A DNA stretch of 64,000 nucleotides from Anthoceros angustus (taxonomy: Eukaryota; Plantae; Anthocerotophyta). Positions 1 to 12,981 of this stretch are shown in pieces. The position numbers were made by a program, and so were the translations under genes. How positions within the stretch are numbered: the first letter of the stretch is position 1; the number at the start of each line of letters is the position of its first letter. The stretch lies in NCBI GenBank assembly GCA_010909165.1, contig VJWM01000119.1, positions 186,001 through 250,000 on the forward strand. The letters are read 5' to 3'. Under the pieces are notes generated by a model. That model saw nothing but the letters and a program-made list of their open reading frames with translations. It made no database searches and was not told the DNA's origin.

Positions 1-3000
1 CTTCAGCTGGAGAAGTCGTTGAAGGAAATGCAAGCTGAAGTAGCTGAAGTGAAACAGGCTGCTGAGAAGCAGCTTGCTGAAGCCCGGGAGATAACAGTTG
101 GTATCGATGAAAAGGCTCTTCTGGCAGATTCGAAAGGTCATGCTGCAGAAGCCTTGAGAGCAGAAGCTAGTCGGAAACAGGCTGATGCTGACAGGAAGTT
201 GCAAGAGGTGGAGGCTCGTGAGGGTGCTCTAAGGAGGGAACGGCACAGTTTCAAGACTGAGTGAGTGTGTCCAGGCTCTTTGGTCATGAATGGGATGTGT
301 TGAACATTTTTTCTGACATGCAGAGTTCATCTGCCTCTTGCTGGTGAAAATGTAGGGATTTTTTAGTAGCTGGGATTGAATGTATGGAGTTTTTGCAGGA
401 TGGAGGCACGCAGAGCAGAACTTGATCTTGAAGAGAGAGCTTTGAAAGAGTGGGAGAAGAAGTTGCAGGAAAGCCAGGAAAGGTTGCTTGAAGGGGAACG
501 CCTACTGGCTAGAACAGAGCAATTTGTCAATGAGAGAGAGGTTTCGCTCAAACTGGTTGAGAAGGATCTAGAGGAGTCTAGGAAGTTGCTAGAAAAGGAA
601 CGGATCGTGCTTCAGCAGACAGAGACGAGTTTGAGTGCCCAGCTTGCAGCAATCAACTTACGAGAAGAGGTAATGGCATGACCGCGTAGGGGGCTGCATT
701 CCTGTTCTTAATCATGAGTAGCTTTATCTGGGGATTGTATGGGTATGTCCTACTCTTCAATTCATGGTTTGTAGCCTGACGGGTTGGGGATGGGGCTCTA
801 TGCGGTACAGAATGCAATTGAAAGGGAGATATCAATCAATAAGAAACAGCAGGAGCTAATTCTCTCTCAAGAGATGCTGTCCAGCCGTGAAAGGGTATGC
901 TCCTCAATCAGTTTGGTCATGAACGATGCAAGACTCAGTTGTTATCAGGAGGATCTGAGCACTGATCCTTTACTTGGCTGTCGCTTTTTCAGGTGCTTGA
1001 GCAACGTGAGAATCATTTGAAGGAGACTGAATCCTTTATTACTAAGGAGAGGGATCGCTTGGAAACCCTGGAGGGGTCCTTGAAGTCAAGACAGGAGAGT
1101 CTTACTGAACAGCAAAAGGAGCTGGTATTCTTGTCTTTCTATTCTACTCTTTGTTTATCATTCATCCCCTGGACGTCCTGGGGGACTTTCACTCATGCAA
1201 GTCTGTTTTGCAGGATGCTGTACGGAAGATTCTTGAAGATGATGACCTTGAGCTGCAGAAGAGAAAAGCAAAGTCTGATGAGATCTTGGGAGAGCTTGAG
1301 GATCGGCGCTCATCATTGAATTTAGAAAGTGAGAAGATCCGAGAAACCAGTAAAGCTTTGGATGAAAGGGAGGCCACACTGGAGCAGACTGCCCAGTCAA
1401 TTCGCAATCGGGAAATCCTTGTTAGTGAGAAGGTTGACAGTCTTGTTCGGAGGGAGAGGGATGTGGAGAATAAGCTTTTTGAAATCGCTGACAGGGAGCA
1501 GGAAATCAAGGATGCAGAGTTGCAGATCCAAGAAGAGAAACATCTTATTGAAATTGAGAAAGAGGAAGCCAGAAAAGGGAAAGATGAAGTTTTTGGCATG
1601 ATGAAAGAGCTTGAGATAGAGAAACAGCAGATCGAGGAGGAAAGAGAGAAGCTGAAAGCAATTGAGGAAGACAGAGCAGAGTTGCTGAGAATACAGACTC
1701 AGCTGAAAGAAGAGATTGACTCTTACAGGGCCAGTAAGCAGGAGGTAAGCATACAATTAGAAGCATTGATGAAGGACAAGAAGGAATTTGAGAGAAAGTG
1801 GGAAATCCTGGACCGGAAGAATGAAGAACTGAGGACAGAGGTGGAACGCTTTCAGCAGGAAAGTAGGGGGAAAAGTGAATGGTTTCAAGTAGAAGAAGAA
1901 AGACTGAAGAATGAGAGAAGGGAGCTGCAAGAGGAGTTTCGGAGAAACTCTGAGGCGCTTCGGTTGGAGAGAGAAGCGTTTCTCAGCAGCAGTGAAGAAG
2001 AAAGGTCCAAATTGTATGATGATATCCAGAAGGAACGAGAAGAGTTGGTCAAGGATATTGACCTGCGGACCGCAGAACTGGAACGTAGAATTGAGAAGGA
2101 GAGAGAATTTTCCAGGAAATTTGCAGATGACAAGGAATCCGGTTATGCTAAAGAGGTGGAAAGGCAAAAGGATCAGATTACGGCTGCTCGGCAGGCCCTC
2201 CAGAAGGAAGTGGAGGAAGTGGAGGTTGAGAGAGAGAAGCTATCCAGGGAGAGAATGGAGATGCTGAAGCAGCGTGAAGAGGCAGAACGTGAATGGCAAG
2301 AGATTCGCAAGGACATAGTCGAACTACAACTGCAAGGAGAAAAGCTGAAGGAGCAACGGGAAGGTCTGAGAACTGAAAGAGAGGAAATCCTTCGGCAGGC
2401 TGCAAGGCTCCAAATATTGCGAGATGAGTACAGAGATGGCGAAAGTAGCCTTGTGGGGTCTGAGCAGAGGCTTTTGCCCAACCGTAAGAACGATAAAGAA
2501 GTTCGATCTTCCAACAATCAGATTGGATTGGATGAAGGGCCAGCGACTGTAACTGTGCCCGATGTTGTCGAAAGGACTCCTGAGAGGCTGGCTAGTTTCT
2601 CTCCTGGTGCTCGTTTTTCTTGGTTGCAAAGGTGCTTTTCCAGGTCAGCCCAGGCAGGTGATGGCAGGGCGAGGCAGGAAATCTTTCCAGGTGAACCAGC
2701 TGGAGAAGCTGATGTGATTGGCACGCCTGAACCTGGAGGGTCTCAGAATGCGTTGGAGTCAGCCAGTAAATCAAAAGGGACAAGGCGATGGCCACAGCGA
2801 ACTGGAAGTTTTAATAACTCCCAGCTAGCGCAAGTTATTGGGACAGAGGATATCGGTGGGAAAAGTAGGGGCAGGGTAAAAAGAACTCGATCCATCAAAG
2901 CTGTGGTTGAGGATGCCAAGTCAATACTGGAGCGCAGGAAACCTCACGATGAAGCCAGTGATCTAGGTGAGGATGGAGCAGAGGAATCTTTGGAGCACAA

Positions 3001-4104
3001 AACCGTTCATCTCTCACAAGCTGTAGAGAGCCCAGAACAATCTCAACAGCAGAGTGGCGCGGATTTTGGCAAGGCAAGCAAAAGTGGCAGAAAAAGAAGT
3101 CGCCAGCAATCGGTTTCGAATGAGCATGAGTCGGACTACTATGACTCAGCGTCCCAACTAGCAGGAGGAGGAAAGCGAAAGAGGCGTCAAAGGGAAAGTG
3201 GAGCAAACGGAGATTCAGGGACACGGCGATATAATTTAAGGCACTCAACCATGTACGTTTATGGGGCTTAGTGATGGCCAGGCTTTTGACTTTATTGTTT
3301 TGTATGTTCATATTATAATTGGTCCATCCTTTACGGGTGCTGGTGGATGCAGTGTAAGTGCGCAGGTGTCACATAAGTCGCGAGACAAAACCAATGCCGA
3401 TGTGGAGAAAGTTCATGTGACGGCCGAAGCAGACGTATCCCTTCCAGTAGTGCAAGGGGATATTGGACTGGAGGTTGCTGCGGTAAGTGTGATCATCAGC
3501 AAATCGGTTGGAGGATTGGTTACTATGATACCAGCTGACAGCTGAAGTGTGGCTCCTGGTGCAGGCTGAAGCTGTCATTGCACAGATCCAGCAAGAAGTA
3601 GCCAAGCAGGCACTTCCCGCATCCTTGGTAGCCCTGCCTGATGATGGGCCTGATGATGCCATCGGGTCTGCTGAAGATTCAGTCCTTGTGGTCAAGGAAA
3701 GGAGAGTCGTAAGTGTTGGGCTGCAAGAGGCACGTGGTGCCGGAGAGTTACGCTTAGGGAGGCATGAGGAGCAGGATCAAAGGGTTGGCAAAGTTGACGA
3801 GGCTGAAGGTGTTGCAGAAAATGGTGCGGATGAAGATGGCGCAAGCGTCGCAGTTGTTGCGAGCAGACAGGAAGTGCTGCATGGCAACAACGGTCATGGT
3901 GAGAAACAGAAACAAGCATCTGAGGATGAGGAAAATGTAGATGAGTTACCGGATGACGATGATGTTGACATGGATGAGGGTGAAGATGAGGATGGAGGGG
4001 GTGAAGCTGGGGGTTCCGATGACTCCGAGGAGTCTGAAGGGTCCGAAGAATCTGATGAGCCGAAGCCACTTAGGAAGAAGATCTGGGATTTTCTCACGAC
4101 TTAA
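1..4104 (+). CDS. NMCP1: Nuclear matrix constituent protein (NMCP1/CRWN, plant lamin analogue), 5' part outside the window
   Basis: Long E/K/R-rich coiled coil, followed by the NMCP tail motifs FSWLQRC, NLS KRKRR, RRYNLR, an acidic stretch and C-terminal KKIWDFLTT. Exons read by eye: <1-260, 399-669, 811-894, 993-1124, 1214-3252, 3353-3482, 3565-4104. All introns are GT-AG and the frames join. Confidence 0.93.
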
Positions 4105-5154
4105 CCACGTGATAAGAGGGAGACCATTCTGGGATGTTGGTCTTACTGACTGTAATTGTGCTGTAGGTTTAAGCCGTCCCTTCCTTTGTAACTCCGACAT
4201 TCAGTTCTGCTGTATTTTTTTTTGATGCCAGGAACATCACCGATATTCCACGTTGTATGCACCACGACAGATTCCGGACAGGGCAGCAGCAAGAAGGAGG
4301 GGACGGTCTCGCGCCTGATGAAGGAGCAGGACGCTTGAAGCACAAGGAACCTTATGCTGTTCCATTGTCCCCAGCAAACTACACAACAGTGTGGAATGTT
4401 GAAGAAATAAGGAACACACGGGAACAAACTATCCAAGCAAGTACGTAAAGGAGGTCACCTCGTCGCACAGTGCTAACTAGAAAGCCGTATTTCGACAGAA
4501 GTGAGGTTGCCCTTAAATGACCTCGGTGCCGTGGTCCAAACGACGCCATGATCTTCCGATGCATCCAGCTGCCGAGACGTTGCCGCTTCAGGTGTTGACT
4601 GCAGCAGGCAACGGAGCATAACCAGCAAGTCGGCAAGTTTAGGAGCATACATCATGGCTGGGGCTGAATGGCTTCTTCTCTCGACTCCACTCCCTTTCCT
4701 GCATTCACCAACCAGCGAAAGAATCACTAGAGCCATTCAATTCAACCCGAAAAAGAAGAAAAAAACGGGACGTACCACGGGTAGGTTTTCGAGAGAAGGT
4801 ACATACAGGTATCCACAAGCTCAGAGAAGTGAAATCAACTCCTGCCCTCTTGCACATCTGCCCATTTCGTCGTAGACCCCAGGCTCGGATTCTTCTTCAA
4901 CACAATCTCTACCGAGCTGTCCAATTTTGCAACTGCCCCATGTGGATGCGGAGGCAGGCAGAATTCGATGCCCTCCTACAGTTTCCATGTCAAATCGTCC
5001 CAGCACCCAACCTCCCCTGCTCCACTGACAACGGACTCCACTTTGCGAGTTGAAGATAGACGTGCTCTCCAGTTTGCCTTTTTCCAGAGAATTACTGGGG
5101 CATTGGACGGATAGACATGGGATTTTTCTCATTCTTCTTGTCTCGCACATGGGA

Positions 5155-5790
5155 GATTGTAATTTGTATGTGCTACATAAGCATCTATCGCACAATAGAG
5201 GAATCAATGCGGGATAAAAACTAATGTAACTTAGGTTTGATTTTACGTGGAACTCGGTAGTATGAAACTATGACCCAAATATATATGGAGGTATCAATAT
5301 GTTAGCAATCCGAAACGTATATGCATGTATGAATCTATTAGCAAACCCAAATATATATGAATATATCAATCTCTTAGCAAACTTATAAGTACAATAGCAG
5401 TAGCATTGTGTAGGTCGTTCCTCCAAAACTTGTTAAATGTTGGTAGTTTTTCGTTATTTTGGAACCTTGTGGATTTGTAGTTGAACTTTTGAAACATCTT
5501 CAATTAAAATTTTGTACCAAAACTGGTACAAAAAAAAACAAGGTTTTGATTCAGTCCATAGAGTTGTAATTTGTATGTGATACACAAGCAACTATGGTCC
5601 GATAGAGGAATCAATGCGGGATAAAAACTAATGTAGTTTAGGTTTGAATTTGCGTGGAACTCATTAATACAAAACTATGACCCAAATATATATTCATGTA
5701 TCAATGTATTAGCAAAGCCAAACCTCTATGCATGTATCAATCTGTTAGCAAACCCAAATATATGTGAACGTATAAATCTTCTAGCAAACT
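5155..5790. repeat. Diverged direct repeat of about 240 bp (two copies, starting near 5155 and 5563), AT-rich
   Basis: Both copies share ttgtaatttgtatgtg...atagaggaatcaatgcgggataaaaactaatgta...ttagcaaacccaaatata. Confidence 0.85.
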
Positions 5791-5796
5791 GGTACA

Positions 5797-5891
5797 ACAA
5801 GTGTGTGGTTGAAATTGTTTGGGCAAAATGGACTCACATTTGTGTACCAAGTGTGTGGTTGAAATGGTTTGGGCCAAATGGACTCACATTT
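5797..5891. repeat. 50-bp tandem duplication
   Basis: caagtgtgtggttgaaat.gtttgggc.aaatggactcacattt occurs twice. Confidence 0.85.
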
Positions 5892-5940
5892 TTAGGAACA
5901 TAGTTGTTAAGCATCCTGCACTTAGATTGGTACTTAGATG

Positions 5941-6262
5941 GGGTGCCTAGAGCAAGTGGATGCCCTTGGTCAAGTACTTCACGAACACCATGCTACAAAT
6001 TGTTAAGTACCAAGTCCCGTGATAGGAAAATTCTCTGTCCGGTGGACTATAGTAGATGTCGGTGCCTAGAGCAAGCGGATGCCCTTGATGCAAGTACCTT
6101 GAGAACATCATGTTACAAATTGTTAAGTACTAAGTCCCGTGATAGGAAAATTCTCTGTCCGGTGGACTATAGTAGATGTCGGTGCCTAGAGCAAGCGGAT
6201 GCCCTTGATGCAAGTACCTTGAGAACATCATGTTACAAATTGTTAAGTACTAAGTCCCGTAA
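5941..6262. repeat. Tandem repeat with a period of about 120 bp, about 2.7 copies
   Basis: ggtgcctagagcaag...ttgttaagtac.aagtcccgt recurs at about 5942, 6061 and 6181. Confidence 0.9.
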
Positions 6263-7213
6263 TATGAAAATTCTTGTCAGGTAATAGATGACTTCTTCTT
6301 CTTCTTGGTACATACGTACCCTAATGAACCCTAACTAACCCCAAGTGCTAGCAATAGCAAATGGTCGTGGACTTGATGATACGTTGTTGGCTAGGAAATA
6401 GAGACCAAAAGAGAGGTGACAGATGATAAAAGAGAATCTGCTCACCTAATGCAGCAGAATTTTTATCGCGATCATCAAAATACGACAATTCGACTTGATC
6501 TTCTAAGTGAGCCATGGTCTTGGAAATTCTTCTTAGGACCTGAAAGAATGGGCTAAACCCCATAGAAAGATATCTATGTACTGTAACTTGAAAACGGAAG
6601 ATGCAGAAACAGGTTCCGTAAACGCAGATCGTTGGACAATCAATGATGCAGAGCTGGGTTCCATGGACGCTGATCTCCGGAGGTACCCGTTAGAATCCGA
6701 AAAGTCCGTCGATACTAAGTTCGAAGAGCGTAGGCTTGAAAAAAAATTTCAACTCGGGAAGCAGGGCAACAGCTGAGGCCCCTAGCAGCACAGCATTTGA
6801 CGGCGAGCATAGACGCATGGGAACAAGTTAGAACTCATCCTGGAAGTCAGCCGTCACTGTGTCAACCTTCAGGCTCTCAACATGGAGTTGATTCTTAGGA
6901 CTTGTAGAAGTCAGCAGAGCAATGCATGTCTGCAACTACCGGTGGTGAGGAACTGCCGACCTGGCACCTCCTGATGTTGCAAATCACTGCATGATGCATT
7001 CTTTGACAGATGCTTATGCTTGGTTTGGTTGCAGCGGAGGCATTTGGGCAGACACGATGGCGGGAGAGGTCGCTGGCTAACTCTGCGCAGTGATGCCGGT
7101 TCATGTCAGATAAGGTAAATTGGGCACTTGTGGTGATGATGCTCATGTGTTTGCACTGTTTGGGGCTGGTGTTTTGATCACGCCACAATGCAGGCAGCCC
7201 CCAAGTTTGTGTA

Positions 7214-10053
7214 ATGGGTACACAGCACAGCAAGGGATGTAAACCACGTGAAGAGGAATATCTGAGTAAGGCCGTTGAGGTCCTGGGCCTTCTGGTGCAG
7301 CCAGGGTGGTATGTGTCCGCATCTTTCTTCCATCAGGTCATCAAGAGGTGCATTGCACACAAAGATCTGGGTGCTGGCAGGGGTGTGCATACCCTGATTG
7401 TCAGAAGTGGGTATGTGGGCAGCAGATTCTTGGCTAATCACGTCATCCGCATGTATGCTGCCTACGGGAGGTTGGAGGATGCGTTGCAGGTTTTCAATGG
7501 ATTGGCTGCTCCCAATGCTTATTCGTGGTCTTCCATAATTGAGGCACATGTTGACAATGGACAGGCCAGGCAGGCAATCGAGATCTATTTCAGGATGCGA
7601 CAGTCATCCCCTATGTTGGCAGATAATCATCTGTTTGTGGCAGCACTCAAGGCTTGTGCCAGTGCAGAAGATCTGACATCAGGCAGACAGGTCCATTCCG
7701 ATGTCCTGAGTAGTGTGCTTGAGCCTGATGTATTTGTTGGGAGCTGCCTGGTGGAAATGTATGCAAGATGTGGGAGGTTGGATGATGCTCGCACAATCTT
7801 TGACAAGTTGGACTCGAGAAATGTGGTCACGTGGAATACGCTGCTTAGAGGGTATGCTCAGGGTGGGCGTGGGCAAGAAGCCCTTGCGCTCTATGCAAGT
7901 ATGCAAGAGGAGGGAATCACTCTGCCTGACCATGTCACGTTTTTGTGCCTCCTCAAAGCATGTGCTAGCAGTGGAACACGACACCAGGAAGGCAGCTTCA
8001 TTCACAAATACAGGAAGCAGGTCTCGGATCTGAGGTGATGGTGGGGAGCTGCCTCATAGATATGTATGCAAGATGTGGAAGCTTGGATGATGCCCGGACT
8101 GCCTTTGATAACATGACCAGAAGAAATGTGGTGACCTGGAACGTGATGCTCGCAGCATATGCTGATCGTGGGCTAGGTGAAGAAGCCCTGTCTCTTTATG
8201 CAACTATGCAACAAGAGGGCGTTACTTCAGCAGATCACATAACTTTTGTGTGCCTTCTGAAAGCATGTAAAAGCATCGGGGCGTTGGAGCAGGGAAGGCA
8301 GCTACATGGCCAGGTTCAGGAGATGGGGCTGCAAGTTGACGTGGTCATTTCGAGCTGCCTGGTCGACATGTATGCAAAGTGTGGGAGCTTAGAGGATGCC
8401 CGCAGGGTGTTTGACGAGTCAGCCACAAGAGATGTGGTGACATGGACTGCCATGCTCACTGCGTACGAGGACCATGGTCTGAGCCAAGAAGCGCTGTCTC
8501 TGTATGCAAGCATGCAGCAGGAGGGCATGGCTCCAGCTGATTATGTGACGTTTGTGTGCCTCCTCAAAGCATGTGCTAATATCGGAGCCTTGGACCAGGG
8601 TAAGCAGCTTCATCTGCAGCTTCAGGAACGAGGCCTTGATAGCGATTCATTTGTTGGGAGCTGTCTTGTTGATATGTATGCTAAATGTGGTCAACTCCGT
8701 GATGCTCAACGTGTGTTCAATAAGCTGGGGACAAAAAGTGTGGTGTCCTGGATTGCCATGCTCACGGGCTACGCCGATCATGGACTAGCACAAGAAGCTC
8801 TCGATCTCTATGCAAGCATGCAGCAGGAAGGTGTCACCCCTGCTGATCTCGTATCATTCACATGTCTTCTCAAGGTGTGTGCCAGCATCGGAGCCTTGGA
8901 GCAGGGAAAGCAACTCCACGCGAAGGTTAAGGAAATGGGCTTGGAAGCTAATTCAGGTGTCGGGAGCTGCCTGGTGGACATGTATGCGAAATGTGGGTGC
9001 TTGGATGATGCCCGGAGCGTGTTCGACACTCTGGATACCAGAGCCATCCTGACGTGGAATGTGATGTTTGCAGGATATGTCTTGCACGGGCTGGGGCAGG
9101 AGGCCCTTGATCTCTATGCCGTCATGCATCACCGTGGAATCACGGCCGCTGATCATGTTACGTTCGCCTGTCTCCTAAAGGCATGTGCTAGCATCGGAGC
9201 ATTGCACACGGGGCACCAGCTCCATGCTCAGGTTCGGGAGAGAGGTTTGGAAGCGGATGTGGTTGTGGGCAGCTGCCTGGTGAACATGTATGCGAAATGC
9301 GGGAGCTTAGACGATGCCTGCAGAGTGTTTGAAAGCCTGCCCACAAAGAACGAGGTGACATGGAATGCAATTCTTGCAGCGTATGGTCAGCACGGGATGG
9401 GTCAGGAAGCTCTCATGTGCTACGACAAAATGGTGATGGCAGGCATCCAGCCGAATGGAGTCACGTTCCTTTCACTTCTCTCTGCCTGCAGTCATGCTGG
9501 CCTGGTGTGGGAAGGTCTGCAGTACTTCAAATCCATGGACAGATATCACGGGATAGCGCCCAGAGCTGAGCACTATGCCTGTATGATAGATCTCCTGGGA
9601 CGTGCTGGACGCTTCACAGTGGTAGAAGAGCTCTTGTCAAGTATGCCAATGCAGCCTACTCTTTCCATGTTGATCTCTCTGCTGGGCTCCTGCAGGAAGC
9701 ACGGTAATGTATCTCTCGGAGAACAAGTCTTCGATCTGGCAGTGCGTCTGCAACCCACAAATGCCGCAGCATACGTATTGATGTCACAGATGTACGCTGA
9801 TGCGGGCCTTCCAGAGGACGCCCAGAGGGTGGACAAGCTCAGGAAGAAGGAAAGTGCGTGGAAAGAGCCAGGCTGGAGCTGGATAGCGCATGAAGAGGAA
9901 GTGCACACCTTTCTGGTGGGCGACGTCCAGAACTCACAGCATAGTCAAGTGTATGACATGTTAGCCGAGGTCACCTGTAAGCTCGAGGAGGCAGCACAGG
10001 CAGAGCAGAGCGGGTGCTCGATATCCTCATCTCTGTCCGAGGGTCCCTCATGA
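7214..10053 (+). CDS. PLS-class pentatricopeptide repeat protein with E1/E2/E+ extension (organellar RNA-editing factor type), broken by a 1-nt frameshift at about 7987
   Basis: Six near-identical PLS triplets (xSCLxxMYAxCG...VTWNxML...DHVTFVCLLKAC) at about 306-bp spacing. E domain: SLLGSCRKHG, YVLMSQMY. PG box: KEPGWSWI, HTFLVGD. No HxE/CxxC/DYW. Adding one G at 7987-7988 joins ORFs 7214 and 8035 into 946 aa. Confidence 0.93.
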
Positions 10054-11101
10054 TGCGTCCCTCTGCCCTCTACTACGTGCAGGCCTTGGGAAATGGATGG
10101 TGTGCACTTCTTCTGGGAAGCTACGTGCATCCACGACTTGCTCCAAAGACAGCTCACCTTGGGAGCATCACGTGGCAGAGGAATATACCTGTTCTACATA
10201 GCAGTCTTGGTGAGATGAAAGAACATTGCTTGACAGGGTCAAAAACGTGCCTCATGTTCTGATGTTCTGGAGCCCAGCAGACAGTGTACGGATTGGGGCT
10301 GGACATCTCGCTTCCTTTCATGGAAGGGCCATCTTCATGGACGAAAGAGAGAGTGCACGCTCCTGAGGCTGAAAGCCACTCACAAGGCATCCGACAAAGC
10401 ACAGAAAAATGTCGTCCGAAACCACTGGTGTCAGGAATGCCTTGTCGTGCAAAGTCTACAGTGTAGACAGGTTTGGACCAAGTAGCTAGAGAGGCGCCTT
10501 TGCAGGCGTGCAGAAGTTGCTCCACTGCATGTTTCTCCTCGCCGCTGACCAGCACTAGCCCAGCAGGAGTGGATTCGAATCTCTCAATCACACTTGCACG
10601 CTTTTTGTTGCAACTTGCAAGAGCCCACATTGATCCATATAAGATGATTGGGATGAGGAAGATGTGGAGTGCGACGCCGGTGGTTCTGCTTGCCTTTTCT
10701 GCAAGTCCTCCTGAGAAGGTGAGACGTTGTTATGGAGACGTCTGAAAAGATCAGCAACCGGATCAGTGATATGAGGTGCGTATGAACTTGAACACAGAAA
10801 TTGATGGACATCAATTTGTGGGAACCTGGGTCACGAACTCTGACAAAGCCAGTTACCAAACCTGGCTCCAGCCCTGAAACCGGGCCTAAACTCCGGAACA
10901 AATGTGTTTGTTACGACTTTCATGTTACAAGTTTTGTAACAGATCGTAGGGGGTGGGAACCGGCCTGGGACGCGTTACAAAAAAGCGAAAAAAAGACTAT
11001 TATAAAAGACCATAACATCAACATGCTATTTTTACTAGTGCTCCTTATTTGCAAGTGTGGTTCGGCCCTCGATGATTCTGGGATATATTACGGCATCCTT
11101 C

Positions 11102-11375
11102 AGACAGCTAGTGTCAATTGCTCCTCAACGGGCCCTCTGTATAAGACAGCTAGTGTCAATTGCTCCTCAACGGGCCCTCTGTATAACGATCATCCACTCT
11201 TTAGTAACGCATGCTCCTCTACCTTCGTAGTTTCTAGATCGTATACTCTTCCCACATGTAGGTGACGCAGGCTCCTCTACCTCCGTAGTTTCTAGATCGT
11301 ATACTCTTGCCGCATGTAAGTGACGCATGCTCCTCTACCTCCGTAGTTTCTAGATCATATACTCTTCCCGCATGT
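11102..11375. repeat. Adjacent 42-bp (two copies) and about 58-bp (three copies) tandem repeats
   Basis: agacagctagtgtcaattgctcctcaacgggccctctgtata twice, then gctcctctacct.cgtagtttctagatc.tatactctt three times. Confidence 0.85.
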
Positions 11376-12184
11376 GACATCGTAGGCACAGTCGGTAACT
11401 TCTAGTAGGGAGCTTTGTAACTTCTTCTTTTCACCTTAACCTTCAGGGTCTCTCTCTGTTGTCCTCTGTTGGATGGGCTTTTCCCGTCAAAATTTTCCCC
11501 TAAATAAAAGTTTTTTTACGAGCTATATGGATCAATATGCTAAACAAGAAAGTTCTGCAAAGTAGGACTTAAGTACTGCCCATCTAAATTTCGTTACTTT
11601 CTCTTTTTGTGGGCTATTTTATGCTTGAATATTTACTATTGGATGCCCAGGACTCCTTCAGACCACCAACACGTACAAGTATTCTTTCATAATTTAGATT
11701 TATATTCTTATTCACTACCAAATATATTGATCATATTAAATATAAATGTATGAAGTTATTATACATGACATCATTAAGTATAGATTTATTCAATACATGA
11801 TATATAGATAAATAGCTATTAATTAACCCAAAAATATCTAGGCTCACACAAAATATTTATGTAAAAATAAGATGTTTTTTGATTTTAATAGGTCAATATC
11901 AAAATATTTTAGCAAGCTCAAAAATGAAAAGAGCTGGCTCCGATGAAACATGTAGCAAGTTCAAACGCAAAATGAGTTTCGCTGCATCAGACAGTAAGCT
12001 CAAAGGCAAAACGAGACTTTTTGTAAGGTTTTGAAGTTCTTGAAAAAAGGCGCCTCCCAAGGGCTGTGGACAAGACTATAGAGATGATGCATCAAGCGGC
12101 TTGCAAGGGCTATATGTGAGACAATAGAGGCGATATATCAGGCGGCATCAAAGGGTTGCGGGGAGATAATAGAGGTGATATATT

Positions 12185-12640
12185 AGAAGATAAAAATACT
12201 CATCCACATAGTCTGGAATACACTATGAAGATTTCTTCTTTAAATGAAATAGATGTTCAAGCTTAACCTGGATGTAAATGAAATAGATGTTCAAGCTTAA
12301 CCTGGATGTAAATGAAATAGATGTTCAAGCTTAACCTAGATGTAAATGAAATAGATGTTCAAAGTTAACCTAGACATGCTCTTGTTCATAAATAAGTCAT
12401 AGAGCAGCCCAAACATATAACCTGGTTTTAAATGAAATAGATGTTCAAGCTTAAGTTGGACATGCTCATGTTCATAGAAGATAAAAATACTCATCCACAC
12501 AGTTTGGAATACACTATGAAGATTTCTTCTTTAAATGAAATAGATGTTCAAACTTAGCTTGGATGTAAATGAAATAGATATTCAAGGTTAACCTAGACAT
12601 GCTCCTGTTCATAAATAAACAATAGAGCAGCCGAAACATA
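12185..12640. repeat. Nested AT-rich repeat: duplication of about 290 bp containing a 35-bp tandem unit
   Basis: agaagataaaaatactcatccaca at about 12185 and 12476; aaatgaaatagatgttcaagcttaacctggatgt occurs about 7 times. Confidence 0.88.
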
Positions 12641-12732
12641 TGCTGACGTTTCTTATATATTATTTGAGGAAGAGGAAGAATCTAGAATTTTTTCCTCTTT
12701 CGTTAACCAACTATTTTTCCTGCACATTCATC

Positions 12733-12815
12733 CCATCGACTGCAAGGAGAGGCCCATCGACTGCAAGGAGAGGCTGAAAATCACTAACCACAGAGGCTGA
12801 AAATCACTAACCACA
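12733..12815. repeat. Two short perfect tandem duplications (about 20 bp and 22 bp)
   Basis: cccatcgactgcaaggagagg twice, then aggctgaaaatcactaaccacag twice. Confidence 0.8.
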
Positions 12816-12898
12816 GGTAATGCATTCAACAAGAACTGCATGAATTCCTAGGAAGGACGTCCAAAACCTACCAGTGAACTTGTACGGTCAGGGTTAAG

Positions 12899-12981
12899 TC
12901 CGACTTGCCGGATTCGAACCAGCGACCTAAGGATTTCTGGCATACTACAGTCCTCCGCTCTACCAACTGAGCTAAAGTCGG
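12899..12981 (-). tRNA. tRNA-Tyr (GTA) with a 10-nt intron (12935-12944)
   Basis: Reverse complement reads CCGACTTTAGCTCAGTTGGTAGAGCGGAGGACTGTAG[TATGCCAGAA]ATCCTTAGGTCGCTGGTTCGAATCCGGCAAGTCGGA. A and B boxes are intact and the mature length is 73 nt. TATA-like element about 30 nt upstream; TTTT about 33 nt downstream. Confidence 0.97.

Noticed and set aside
5904-6284. 126-aa repetitive ORF
   Set aside because: Simply the translation of the 120-bp tandem repeat.
10154-10750. 158-aa minus-strand ORF, or a DYW remnant downstream of the PPR gene
   Set aside because: No recognisable domain and no HxE/CxxC motif seen.
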